64,000 nucleotides of DNA from Candidatus Eiseniibacteriota bacterium. Lineage in GTDB: Bacteria > Eisenbacteria > RBG-16-71-46 > CAZEPH01. The position numbers and the translations under genes were made by a program. This document shows positions 1-12,668 of the stretch, piece by piece (the first letter of the stretch is position 1; each line of letters starts with the position of its first letter). The stretch is from the NCBI GenBank assembly GCA_044229145.1, contig JBGATO010000005.1, positions 36,399 through 100,398 on the forward strand, written 5' to 3'. The notes below the pieces were generated by a model that worked only from the letters and a program-made list of their open reading frames with translations, was not told the origin of the DNA and searched no databases.

Positions 1-1276
1 CCGCCTCCGCGAGAGCGCGCTTCAATGACTCGATGGTCCCATCGAGAGAGTCGGGCACGTAGTGCGTGCCGGCATGGACGAGCCCGTCCGCCTCCAGCAA
101 CGCACGCAGCAACGGCGTGTTGCTGTCGAAGATGCGGCCCGGCGGAAGCCCGGCGGTGTCGGCGCCCAGCGGCACGATCTCATCGCCGGTGCTCAGCAGC
201 GCGACGCGGTGCGCGGCGAAGACCGGGACACGCGCTTCGCCAGCGCTCGCGAGCACCGCGAGTTCGCGCGGCCCGAGCGTGGTGCCGCGTGCCGCCAAAC
301 GGGTCCCGCGCGGCAAACTGTGGCCGGCCGGGCGCACGCAGTCGCCGGACGCCACCGCTTCGCGGAAGCGCACGCGGCGGCCAGGGCCGTCGACCTCGAC
401 GTCTTCCTGCGGGATGACGCCGACGAGACCGTCCCCGAGCGGGGCGCCGGTGAGGATGCGCGCCACCGCGTCGTCTCGCGTCCACGGCGACGGCGCATCG
501 CCGGCGTGGATCTCCCCCGCGAGCGGCAGCCAATCGGTGGCGCCGACGAGGGCCGCTGGATAGGCGTAGCCGTCCATCGCCGAGCGGGCGAAAGCGGGTT
601 CGTCGTGGCGACAGACGACATCGGCGGCAAGGGTGCGGCCGCGCGCTTCAAGCAAGGCGGCCTCATCGATGCGCGGTGCGCGCGGCACGGCAAGGATGGC
701 GCGCAAGGCGTCGTCCCGTTCGATCAGCGCTTTGCGGCCGCCGTGCGTACCGCCGCCGTGCGCGGCGTGACGATGGCCGCAGCCCCCGCCGGTGGCCGGC
801 GCCATGTCGTGATCGCCACCGCGGGCGGTGTCGACGGCGTGGGGCAGCAGGTCGGTGAGCATCGCCAACTGCTCGCCCACCGCGCGCGGACTGCCGGGCA
901 GGTTCACCACGAACGTCGCCCCCACCAATCCGCTGACCGCGCGGGACAAGACGGCGGTGGCGATCACCTGTGCGCTCTCGCGACGGAGATGTTCGTCGAT
1001 GCCGGGCGTGACGCGGTCGAGCACACGGCGCGTCGCTTCCGGCGTCACGTCGCGCGGGCCGAAGCCGGTGCCGCCGCAGGTAACGACGATATCGGCACCG
1101 GCGCACAGCGCGCGCAGCGCGGTTTCGATGGCGTCGGCCTCGTCGGCGACGATCTGCGTCGCGACGACCTCGTGCGCGGCGCCCGCCGCCCAGTCGCGCA
1201 CTACGGCGAGGCAGCCGTCGGCGCGTTCGCCGCGCGCGGCGCGGTCGCTGACGACGAGAGCGGCCACGCGGCTCAT
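1..1276 (-). CDS. moeA: Fused MogA/MoaB-like adenylyltransferase + MoeA molybdopterin molybdotransferase (3' end beyond left edge)
   Basis: Manual translation from ATG 1276 (overlaps the moaC stop): VVSD...VTCGGTGFGPRDVTPEAT...NLPGSP (MogA), then in the same frame SAMDGYA, RILTGAP, LLSTGDEI, IFDSN (MoeA). Absent from the ORF track because it has no stop in the window. Confidence 0.9.
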   Translation of the reverse strand, partial: MSRVAALVVSDRAARGERADGCLAVVRDWAAGAAHEVVATQIVADEADAIETALRALCAGADIVVTCGGTGFGPRDVTPEATRRVLDRVTPGIDEHLRRESAQVIATAVLSRAVSGLVGATFVVNLPGSPRAVGEQLAMLTDLLPHAVDTARGGDHDMAPATGGGCGHRHAAHGGGTHGGRKALIERDDALRAILAVPRAPRIDEAALLEARGRTLAADVVCRHDEPAFARSAMDGYAYPAALVGATDWLPLAGEIHAGDAPSPWTRDDAVARILTGAPLGDGLVGVIPQEDVEVDGPGRRVRFREAVASGDCVRPAGHSLPRGTRLAARGTTLGPRELAVLASAGEARVPVFAAHRVALLSTGDEIVPLGADTAGLPPGRIFDSNTPLLRALLEADGLVHAGTHYVPDSLDGTIESLKRALAEA

Positions 1277-1767
1277 CGCGCGCGCTCCTCTGCTTGCCAG
1301 TCGCCGCTCTTGCCGCCCGACTTCGCGGTCACGCGCACATCGTCGATGACCGCGCCCCGATCGACCGCCTTGATCATGTCGTAGACGGTGAGGGCGGCGA
1401 TCGCGGCGGCGGTGAGCGCTTCCATCTCGACGCCGGTGACGTCGCGCGCCGTGGCCTGCGTGGTGATGCGCACGCCGGCGTCCTCCATCGTGCAGTCGAC
1501 CTGGATGTCGTCGAGACGAATCGGATGGCAGAGGGGAATCAACTCGGGCGTGCGCTTGGCGCCGAGGATGCCGGCGAGTCGCGCGGTGGTCAGCGCATCG
1601 CCCTTCGGCAAATCATGCGCGAGGAGTCGGTCACGCACCGCGTCGCTGACACGTACCAGCGCCGTGGCGCAGGCAACCCGTCGCGTGACGTCCTTGCCGG
1701 AGACGTCCACCATGCGCGGCCGGCCGGCGGCGTCGAGGTGCGTCAGGCGCGGCGACTCGTCGGCCAT
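1273..1767 (-). CDS. moaC: Cyclic pyranopterin monophosphate synthase MoaC
   Basis: LTHLD..MVDVSGK, KGDAL, LIPLCHPI and TGVEMEALTA motifs. Confidence 0.97.
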   Translation of the reverse strand: MADESPRLTHLDAAGRPRMVDVSGKDVTRRVACATALVRVSDAVRDRLLAHDLPKGDALTTARLAGILGAKRTPELIPLCHPIRLDDIQVDCTMEDAGVRITTQATARDVTGVEMEALTAAAIAALTVYDMIKAVDRGAVIDDVRVTAKSGGKSGDWQAEERAR

Positions 1768-1774
1768 GCGGTCG

Positions 1775-2818
1775 CTACCCGCCGATCGTGGTCATCACCG
1801 GCACACCGGCCGGCGGATGGTGCGGATTGAGTCCATTCTCGAACGGCTTCATCGCCAGAGCCTCGGCGATGCGCGAATCGAGCGCCGCCGCATCGACATG
1901 GCCGTTCACGGCGGGCGACAGGTCGATGCCGCGATCGAGATAGAGGCACGGCCGCAACTCGCCGCGTGCGGTGAGCCGCAGACGCGTGCACGAATCGCAG
2001 AACTTGTGGCTGATACCGGTGATGAAGCCGAGGCGCCCGCGGAAGCCGTCGACCTCGTACATGCGCGCGACGCCTTCGTCGTACGGCAACCCGCGCAACA
2101 CCACGCCAAGGCCGTCTTCGATCCGCGCGATCATTTCGGGCGCCGGCAGCCAGCGCTCCGGCGTCCAACCATTCCCCGCGAACGGCAAGAACTCGAGCAA
2201 CCGGACGTCCAGCGCGTGCTCGCGCGCCAACCCGGCGAACTGCAGCAGCTCGTCGTCGTTCACCCCGCGCTGGATCACCGCGTTGAGTTTGCGATGCGTG
2301 AACGGTCGCGCCAGCATGCCGTCGAGCGCGCCGCGCACCGCGTCCACCGCGTCGACGCCGCAGAAGCGGTGGAATCGCTCACGGTCGAACGTGTCGAGCG
2401 ACAGATTGATGCCGGCGACGCCGGCGTCGACCAACGCATCGAGGTGCTTCTCGAGCACCACGCCATTCGACGTGATGCCGACGAATTCGACGCCCGGCAG
2501 CGCCCGCACCCGCGCCGCAAGCTGCGTGAGGCCGGGGCGCAGCAGAGGTTCGCCGCCGGTGAGGCGGATCTTCGACGCCCCGCGCTCGGCCAGCGCGCCG
2601 ATGGTGGCCACCAGGTGATCGTCGGTCATGCCGCGCGCCGCCGCGCCGTACTGCAGGGCGGCGGGCCGGCAATAGGTGCACTTGAGGTTGCAGCGGTCGG
2701 TGACCGAGACGCGCACGGAGGTGTGGCGTCGGCCGAAGGCATCGGTGAGCGCGTCCGGACGCACCGGCTGGACCGGCGGCGGCATCACGGGAGGCGCGAA
2801 GGGTGGGGCGGAGTGCAT
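1775..2818 (-). CDS. moaA: GTP 3',8-cyclase MoaA (radical SAM)
   Basis: DAFGR, CNLKCTYC, IRLTGGEPLLR, FCDSCTRLRLT..LRPCL, C-terminal IGG. Start placed at ATG 2818 (2785 possible). Confidence 0.96.
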   Translation of the reverse strand: MHSAPPFAPPVMPPPVQPVRPDALTDAFGRRHTSVRVSVTDRCNLKCTYCRPAALQYGAAARGMTDDHLVATIGALAERGASKIRLTGGEPLLRPGLTQLAARVRALPGVEFVGITSNGVVLEKHLDALVDAGVAGINLSLDTFDRERFHRFCGVDAVDAVRGALDGMLARPFTHRKLNAVIQRGVNDDELLQFAGLAREHALDVRLLEFLPFAGNGWTPERWLPAPEMIARIEDGLGVVLRGLPYDEGVARMYEVDGFRGRLGFITGISHKFCDSCTRLRLTARGELRPCLYLDRGIDLSPAVNGHVDAAALDSRIAEALAMKPFENGLNPHHPPAGVPVMTTIGG

Positions 2819-2948
2819 GGGCGCTAGTGTGCCATGCCCGGCGTGGCGGTGCAAACCGTGCCGACGCGGCGCGGACCCGGCGCCCGGCCGGCCCTCCAGT
2901 GGCTGCCCTGGCCTGTCCATCTCGTCCCCTGCCCTCCCTGCCTGTACA

Positions 2949-3647
2949 TCACGGCATGTCGAAGAGGAGCGCCTCCGCATCCTCGACGCCCTCCACCCGC
3001 AACGCGCCTTCGCCTTCGATTCGCGCGCCGTCCCCCGCCTGAAGCGTCCGGTCGCCCAGACGGACGGTGCCGCGGGCCACATGGAGATAGCCGTAGCGCC
3101 CGGGCGCGAACGTGTGCTCGGCCGCCTCGCCGGCCGCCAGAACGGTGGCGTGGATGTCGGTGTCCTGGTGGATGGTCAGGCTGCCGTCGCGGCCGCCCCG
3201 CGAGGCGACGACACGCCAGCCGCCCCGGCGTTCTTCCACCGGAAACGCGCGCTGCTCGTACCCCGGTGAGAGACCGGCCCGCTCTGGGAGGATCCAGATT
3301 TGGAGGAAATGGAGCCCGGCATCCGGCGCGGCGTTGAACTCGCTGTGCAGCACACCGGTGCCGGCGCTCATGCGCTGCACGTCGCCCGGGCGGATCACCG
3401 AGCCGGTGCCCATGCTGTCGCGATGCTGGAGGGCGCCGTCCAACACGTAGCTGACGATCTCCATGTCGCGGTGCCCGTGCGTCGGAAACCCGGCGCCGGG
3501 GGCGACGGTGTCGTCGTTGAGGACGCGCAGAGTACGGAACTGCGTCCACGCCGGGTCGTGATAGTCGGCGAACGAGAACGTGTGCCAGGTGTCGAGCCAG
3601 CCGTGTGCGCCATGCCCGCGCTCGGCCGCCCGTCGGACGTCGATCAT
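2949..3647 (-). CDS. Pirin family protein (YhhW-like)
   Basis: GWLDTWHTFSFADY, GFPTHGHRDMEIVSYV, MSAGTGVLHSEFN, LQIWI; GGGAGG RBS before ATG 3647. Confidence 0.95.
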   Translation of the reverse strand: MIDVRRAAERGHGAHGWLDTWHTFSFADYHDPAWTQFRTLRVLNDDTVAPGAGFPTHGHRDMEIVSYVLDGALQHRDSMGTGSVIRPGDVQRMSAGTGVLHSEFNAAPDAGLHFLQIWILPERAGLSPGYEQRAFPVEERRGGWRVVASRGGRDGSLTIHQDTDIHATVLAAGEAAEHTFAPGRYGYLHVARGTVRLGDRTLQAGDGARIEGEGALRVEGVEDAEALLFDMP

Positions 3648-3735
3648 CGCAACCTCCCGTGGCCGCCGGCCCCGATGGCCGCGCGGCACCGGAAGGGATA
3701 GATGCAGCCGCGCGGCACTTCGGCGCGTCCGGCGG

Positions 3736-6243
3736 CTACCAGCGCAGCGTCACCCCGATGGTCGGCAGGAACGGGAAGCCGTTGAGCGCCTCCCGCTGCA
3801 AACGCGGCCGGTCCGCCGCGAGATCGGGCGCCAGAGACGGCGAATAGTCGATCACGTTCTTGCGCGCCAGCAGGTTGATGATGTCGAGATAGAGATCCCA
3901 ATCGCGCCCGCCCCATCGTGGGGACCACGTCAGCCGCACGTCGACTTCCTGGAACGACGGCAGCCGCCCGTTCGCCAGCGTGGTGACGCCGTCGAAGCGC
4001 GGAATCCAGATGAGATCGCCCTGCGCGGTGCGCTCCGGCACGATGTGCCCGAACGAATCCACCACGGTGGACACCGTGACGCCGTCGGGCCGGTCGTACG
4101 GGAAACCGCTCGCGTACTTCGCGGTCGTCCCGAGCGTCCACTTCTCGCCGAGGCGATAGGTGAGCACCGCGTTGAAGGTGTGCCGGCGATCGTAGTCGAA
4201 CGGCAGCGTACGCCCGTACACGGTGCGGCGGGCGATGCCGTAGGTGTAGCTCGCGTAGCCGAACAGGCGATCGTCGGCCATGCCGCGCTTCTCGAGGTAC
4301 AGGTCGATGCCGCGCGCGAGTCCCGTCGCGTCGTTGCCCGGCAGCGCGGTGATCTGCTTCGCGGTCGGAATCTCGGCGAGCAGGCTGTCAGGGAATCGGT
4401 ACGAGGCCAGACGCGCAGCCTGCTCCGCGTCCGTCTCGAGCCGCCCGACCACGAGGTCGTCGAACGATTTGAGATAGAGCTCGGCCTGCGCCTTCCACGT
4501 GCCCGGCAGCAGCCGCTCGATGCCGAGGATGTAGTGCTGCGCGTGTTCGCTCGTGAGATCGAGCGGCCCCGGTGCGTCGAGGCGCACGAAATAGTCCGCG
4601 TCGATGAACTTCTCGTAGCCCGGCGTCTGCGCGAACGCGCCGGTGGCGAAGCGCAGCGTCGTCGCTTCGTCCGGCTGGAGCGACACGGCGGCGCGCGGCT
4701 GCCAGTCGGCACGCTCGTGAATGGTCGCGTAGTCGCGACGCAGGCCGGCGGTGAACTTCAGGCGCTCACCCATCGACATGTCATCTTGCACGTAGGCGGC
4801 CCAGCGCGTGGTCGGGCGTCCGACCAGCAGCGTGTCCGGCGATGCCGCGCCGCCGCGCACGTCGGTGGGATTGCCCACCGCCGGATTGCGATCCGACGCC
4901 GGATCGAGATGGAACCGCACATCGGTGCGCTGCGCGTGCACTTCCCCGCCGATTGTCAGCAAGTGCGCGCCGTGCTGCATCGACATGTCATCGCGCAGCA
5001 TGCCGTCGCGGATCTTGATGTAGCGGTCGAAGATGACGGTGGCGGTGCGGGTGGTGTCGCCGGTGTTCGGAATCTTCGACTTCACATCGAAGCTGCCGTC
5101 GAAGTCGAGGCGGTCCGGATTTTCGTACCACGACGCGGTGAACTTGTTGACGGCGCCCTTGCGGCCACGTGTCCACGTCACGCCGCCGACGTCGTTGTGC
5201 GCGTTGTTGAAGAAGTTCGCGTCGACGTTGTTCGTGGTCGACGTGATGTCCGCGTTGGTGCGCTCGTGGCTGACCAGGCCGAACGCCGAGATGCGATCGC
5301 GCGGCGAGGCTTGCAGCGCCAGCTTGCCCTGGAAGTCGAGGAAGCTGGGAAGCGTCGTCCCGGCGATGCTGTTGGCGATGAGGTCATAGTAGGTGCGGCG
5401 CGTGGTGAGCAGCCAGGTGCCGCGATCGCCGCCGCCGAGGCTGCGCGGCAGCGGCCCGCCGGCGACGATGTTGGCGTCCGTGATACTCATCGACGCGACA
5501 CCGTTGCGGCCGGTCGCGTCGCCGTCCTTGTTCGACACCAGCAGGAGCGACGACAGGCGGTTGCCGTACTTCACCGGGAAGCCGCCGCCACTCAGCGTGA
5601 AGTCGGACACCGCTTCCGGGTTGAATGCCGAGAGCAAGCCGAACACGCGATACGGGTTGTAGATCTCGACGTCGTCGAGCAGCACGAGGTTCTGATCCGG
5701 CCCGCCGCCGCGCACGCTGAGGCGCGAGCTGAAGTCAGTGGTGCTCACCACGCCCGGCAGCGTCGACAGCGTGCGGAACACGTTTTCGAGCGTGCCCGGC
5801 GTGTCCTTGACGACGCGCGGCGCCACCGGGAACACGCTCGGCGTCTGCTCCTTCTTGAGCCGCGAGTCGCTGACATGCACCGTCGCGCCCGCCACCGGCA
5901 AACGTCCGAGACGGATCTCGAGCGGCGCGACGCCCGACGCGGTGAGGGTGACGCTCACCTGCTGCGTGCGGTATCCGAGCTTCACGACCTTCAGCACCAC
6001 CGGACCGTACGGCAGTTGATCGAAGGAGAACGCGCCGTCGGCCTTGGTGGTGACGCCCCGCTTCCACTGCGGCAAGAGGATGTTGGCGCTGACGAGCGCG
6101 TCGCCGGATGCGGAGTCGCGCACGACGCCGGTGAGGGATCCGCGGAGCGCGTCCGCCGCCATGACCGGGCGCGCCGACAGCACGCCGCACAACACACCTA
6201 GAAGCGCGGCCACACGCCACGCACGATTCAATGGGTTTCGCAT
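3736..6243 (-). CDS. TonB-dependent receptor with N-terminal carboxypeptidase-regulatory-like domain
   Basis: Signal peptide, GVVRD..G..LVSANI domain, plug motif VRGGGPDQNLVLLDDVEIYNP, GGFPVKYGNRLSS, C-terminal Trp. The 1689-aa ORF is over-extended upstream. Confidence 0.9.
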   Translation of the reverse strand: MRNPLNRAWRVAALLGVLCGVLSARPVMAADALRGSLTGVVRDSASGDALVSANILLPQWKRGVTTKADGAFSFDQLPYGPVVLKVVKLGYRTQQVSVTLTASGVAPLEIRLGRLPVAGATVHVSDSRLKKEQTPSVFPVAPRVVKDTPGTLENVFRTLSTLPGVVSTTDFSSRLSVRGGGPDQNLVLLDDVEIYNPYRVFGLLSAFNPEAVSDFTLSGGGFPVKYGNRLSSLLLVSNKDGDATGRNGVASMSITDANIVAGGPLPRSLGGGDRGTWLLTTRRTYYDLIANSIAGTTLPSFLDFQGKLALQASPRDRISAFGLVSHERTNADITSTTNNVDANFFNNAHNDVGGVTWTRGRKGAVNKFTASWYENPDRLDFDGSFDVKSKIPNTGDTTRTATVIFDRYIKIRDGMLRDDMSMQHGAHLLTIGGEVHAQRTDVRFHLDPASDRNPAVGNPTDVRGGAASPDTLLVGRPTTRWAAYVQDDMSMGERLKFTAGLRRDYATIHERADWQPRAAVSLQPDEATTLRFATGAFAQTPGYEKFIDADYFVRLDAPGPLDLTSEHAQHYILGIERLLPGTWKAQAELYLKSFDDLVVGRLETDAEQAARLASYRFPDSLLAEIPTAKQITALPGNDATGLARGIDLYLEKRGMADDRLFGYASYTYGIARRTVYGRTLPFDYDRRHTFNAVLTYRLGEKWTLGTTAKYASGFPYDRPDGVTVSTVVDSFGHIVPERTAQGDLIWIPRFDGVTTLANGRLPSFQEVDVRLTWSPRWGGRDWDLYLDIINLLARKNVIDYSPSLAPDLAADRPRLQREALNGFPFLPTIGVTLRW

Positions 6244-6516
6244 GGGTGGGAACGCTACCGACTCTCGCGCGGGCGGACAAGCTCCACCGGCGACACGCCC
6301 GTCAGATGTCACGACGAAGTCTCCTCGGATTATCACAGGGAAGGCGCGCAGGGGCTCCTGGGTTCCCCGGCGCGCCTTGTGGGACGCCTTGGCCGCCGCC
6401 GAGGTCTCGCCGCGTAACACTCCGCACGGCTGACCGCGGGCGGCGCGTGTGCTACCGTGCTCGCTGCTCGCCTCGCCCTGCACCGCGTGTCCCTTCGGCC
6501 GACCAGGAGTCCACCC

Positions 6517-9804
<3,288 letters not shown>

Positions 9805-9898
9805 CAGACCACGCCAACTCGCTGACATGCCACCAGTTCAAGCGCCGGCTCCGGGGCGAGACGCCGGACGCTCCTGCCCTCGCCTCGGCGCCCATCGC

Positions 9899-9937
9899 GC
9901 GGCCGCCGGGGCGAGGTGGGGCCTCCCCGGCGGCCGC
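9899..9937. terminator. GC-rich hairpin between convergent genes
   Basis: GCGGCCGCCGGGG...CCCCGGCGGCCGC 13-bp inverted repeat. Confidence 0.55.
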
Positions 9938-9949
9938 TGCGCCTCTGAG

Positions 9950-11824
9950 CTAGGGTACCGCGCGCAGGACGCGGCCACGCAGCCGCTCCGCCCCTGCCTC
10001 GACCTCGGTGAGATAGAGCCCGGCCGGCACCTCACGGCCTGCCGCATCGCGGCCATCCCAGCGGATCGCGTTCTCGCCGGCACGCGCGCCCGGCACCGGA
10101 ATCCGCGACACCAATCGGCCGCCCGCTGTGTAGATCGTCACCGTCGCTGGCTGACTGCCCGCGAGCGTGAAGCGGATCTCCGGATGCGCCGGCGCGGGAG
10201 TGACGAGCGCGAAGGTCTGGAGCGCCGCGCCTGCCTTGGGCGAAGCGCCCGAGAACGCGTCGCGCGAGATCCACGTGTGGTAGTCGCCGCCGCGCGCCGC
10301 GTAGCCTGACAGCGTCCAGCCAATCCCTGTGGTTTGCGGATCCGCCGCTGCACCGTTGTAGTCGCCCCAGCGCCCGCCCCAGTACGCATCAACTCCTTCG
10401 CGGAGCATGGTTGCCGAAGGAAACGCGGTGTCCGCGGCGCGCAACCCAATCGCGGTCGCGCTCACGCAGTCGTGCGTCGACGACCGCGACGCGGCGATGT
10501 AGACGTTCCCGAGCGCGTCGACGCCGATGCCCGGATACGAGTAGTAGGCGCCGTTGCCGCTCGAGCCGTAGGTGAGGTCGCGCACCCGCGTCGCCGTCGA
10601 CGTGTTGATGGTGAGCAGGCGCACGGCGCTGACATCGTCATAGGCTTCCGTGAAGCCGGTGTAAAGTGTGCCCGCCAGCCACGACGGCGCGGCCACGCGG
10701 CAATCGCCCGCGCTGTAGTCGGGGACCAGCACGCCGCACTGCTTCGCGGTTGGCGGCAGCGCGTAGGCGCCGCACGCCACCACCCCGAGACGGACCAACG
10801 AGACGCCCAACGGCCCTTTGTCCGGCACGATCTTCCACAACTGCACCGAGCTCCCGCCCAACCGCTTGCTGTCGACCAAGAACTCGGTGGTCGTCGAGCT
10901 GAGCGACATCGCGGGCGCCAGGCAAAGGGCCAGCGCGCCGTCCGCATCGGTCATGCGCGTGAACTCGATCGTCGTGGGGACGCTGCCAATGCCGTACAGC
11001 GTCTCCTTCGGCAACACACGGATCTTGGCGAACTGGAACTCGTCGCGGTCGAAGGTGAACATGTTGCCGCTGACGTACACGCGGTCGTTGTCGTAGCCGA
11101 GCATCGGGAAGTCGAGCCACGTCGCGTTGGACGTCCCGCCATCGCTCGTAATGTCGAACACGCGATTGACGAAGCCGCTGGTCAGCGTGCTGGAAAGCGT
11201 CACCGAGACGTACAGCGAGCATGTCCGCGCGGCGTCGTCCTTCCCGACGCAGACGAACACGAATCGCTGGCGCAGCACGTCGTAGAAGGCGCGCGGATCG
11301 AAGAGATTCATCGTCGCGCCGGCGCGGAACCATTCGGTCCAGGTGTGGAGCGCGAACTGCGTCCCGCTTGATTTCGTCCAGCCCGCCCAGCCGTCGTTGG
11401 TGACGGTCAGCACGTGCGGTCCACCGACCGCGATGGACGCGTCGTACGGCACGAACTTGTCGAGATTGCCGACGCCCTCGACGCCGAGTTGCTGCACCAG
11501 CGGCACCGGGGCCGTGCGCCCGAGGGTCGTCTCCTCGATGATCTCGGCGCCCCCGAGACGCACTCCCGCGGGACGTGGCGGCAGATCGCGCGGCAATACC
11601 GCATAGCCGTCCTCGATCTCCGGATGCCCCGCTGCGACCGCGCGGGCGCCCGCCGCCGGGAAGGGATCCGCCTCGAGTTCGCGCGCCGTCACCACCCACG
11701 TCCGGCCGGCACCCGCCTGCGTGGCCTGCCCCGGCCACACGACACCGTCGGCGGCGCGTGCAGGCTCTACCGTGAGGGCGATCGCGGCACCGACGGCCAG
11801 CCCGTACATCAGAATCTGTCGCAT
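9950..11824 (-). CDS. Secreted uncharacterised beta-rich protein with C-terminal FlgD-Ig/T9SS-like domain
   Basis: Signal peptide; D.SIAVG..HV, FDPR..YD and RWGDY motifs; tail IYTAGGRLV...WDGRDAAGREVPAGLY; GGAGG RBS. Confidence 0.8.
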   Translation of the reverse strand: MRQILMYGLAVGAAIALTVEPARAADGVVWPGQATQAGAGRTWVVTARELEADPFPAAGARAVAAGHPEIEDGYAVLPRDLPPRPAGVRLGGAEIIEETTLGRTAPVPLVQQLGVEGVGNLDKFVPYDASIAVGGPHVLTVTNDGWAGWTKSSGTQFALHTWTEWFRAGATMNLFDPRAFYDVLRQRFVFVCVGKDDAARTCSLYVSVTLSSTLTSGFVNRVFDITSDGGTSNATWLDFPMLGYDNDRVYVSGNMFTFDRDEFQFAKIRVLPKETLYGIGSVPTTIEFTRMTDADGALALCLAPAMSLSSTTTEFLVDSKRLGGSSVQLWKIVPDKGPLGVSLVRLGVVACGAYALPPTAKQCGVLVPDYSAGDCRVAAPSWLAGTLYTGFTEAYDDVSAVRLLTINTSTATRVRDLTYGSSGNGAYYSYPGIGVDALGNVYIAASRSSTHDCVSATAIGLRAADTAFPSATMLREGVDAYWGGRWGDYNGAAADPQTTGIGWTLSGYAARGGDYHTWISRDAFSGASPKAGAALQTFALVTPAPAHPEIRFTLAGSQPATVTIYTAGGRLVSRIPVPGARAGENAIRWDGRDAAGREVPAGLYLTEVEAGAERLRGRVLRAVP

Positions 11825-12091
11825 GTGTCCTCCGTCGCGCGCTCCGTGCGCGCTGGTGGACACACCCTACGGGGACGCTCGTGCGGCGGGACTGTGGCTC
11901 GTGCCTATGGCTGGCATTGACGGCGTTTATGGCCGGGCCGGATCGCCCACCCTTGGCCGGACACGCGAGAAACTTCGCCGATTGTGGGAACGAATGGCCG
12001 ACCGAGGGGTTCAGGAGACCACACCGGATGTTTCGTCCGGCTCCCCCGTCTCGCCATCCCCATCGCCGACTTCCACACCGGAACCCGTCGC

Positions 12092-12664
12092 GTGCCCTCA
12101 GTCCTGCTTCGATCGCGCCGCTCATTGGCGGCGGGTGCCTGCGCCCTCGTGTGCGCCGCGCTCGCCGCAGGGTCCGCACACGCTGGTGAAGCCGTGCAGA
12201 ATCCGCCGGTCGAATGGATCGCCGCGGGCAGCGCCTACGTCGACACGTTCACCGCCGAGCCCGGCACCGTGCGCGACGCCGCCGCCGCCATCTTGCTCCA
12301 CGACGGCTGGCGCTTCGCGGCCACGAACGATTCGCCGGACACCCTGACCTCGGCGTGGAAGCCGCTCGACAAGCTGTTCGTCCGCTTGCTGTTCGGCAAT
12401 GTGCAGGCGCGCTGCCGCGTGACCTTCCGCGGCGTCGCCCCCGGGCGCACTCAGATCACCTTCCGCGCCGACGCGGCAACCCCGCGCACCGCCGCGCTCA
12501 GCGCGCTGCGCGCCAACGCCGATCGCGCCTACGCGAAAGCCGCGCGCGATTGGGCCGCGCACATGCGCCGCGTGCTCGCCGGCACCGACATGCCGCCGGC
12601 CGAGGCGTGGGCGGCCGCCCGCGAGATCGGCAAGGCGCCACCGCACGCCACGACACCGCCGTAG
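12092..12664 (+). CDS. Hypothetical exported protein
   Basis: Ala-rich signal-like segment (AALAAGSAHA) followed by a globular-looking sequence; start uncertain. Confidence 0.55.
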   Translation: MPSVLLRSRRSLAAGACALVCAALAAGSAHAGEAVQNPPVEWIAAGSAYVDTFTAEPGTVRDAAAAILLHDGWRFAATNDSPDTLTSAWKPLDKLFVRLLFGNVQARCRVTFRGVAPGRTQITFRADAATPRTAALSALRANADRAYAKAARDWAAHMRRVLAGTDMPPAEAWAAAREIGKAPPHATTPP

Positions 12665-12668
12665 ACGT

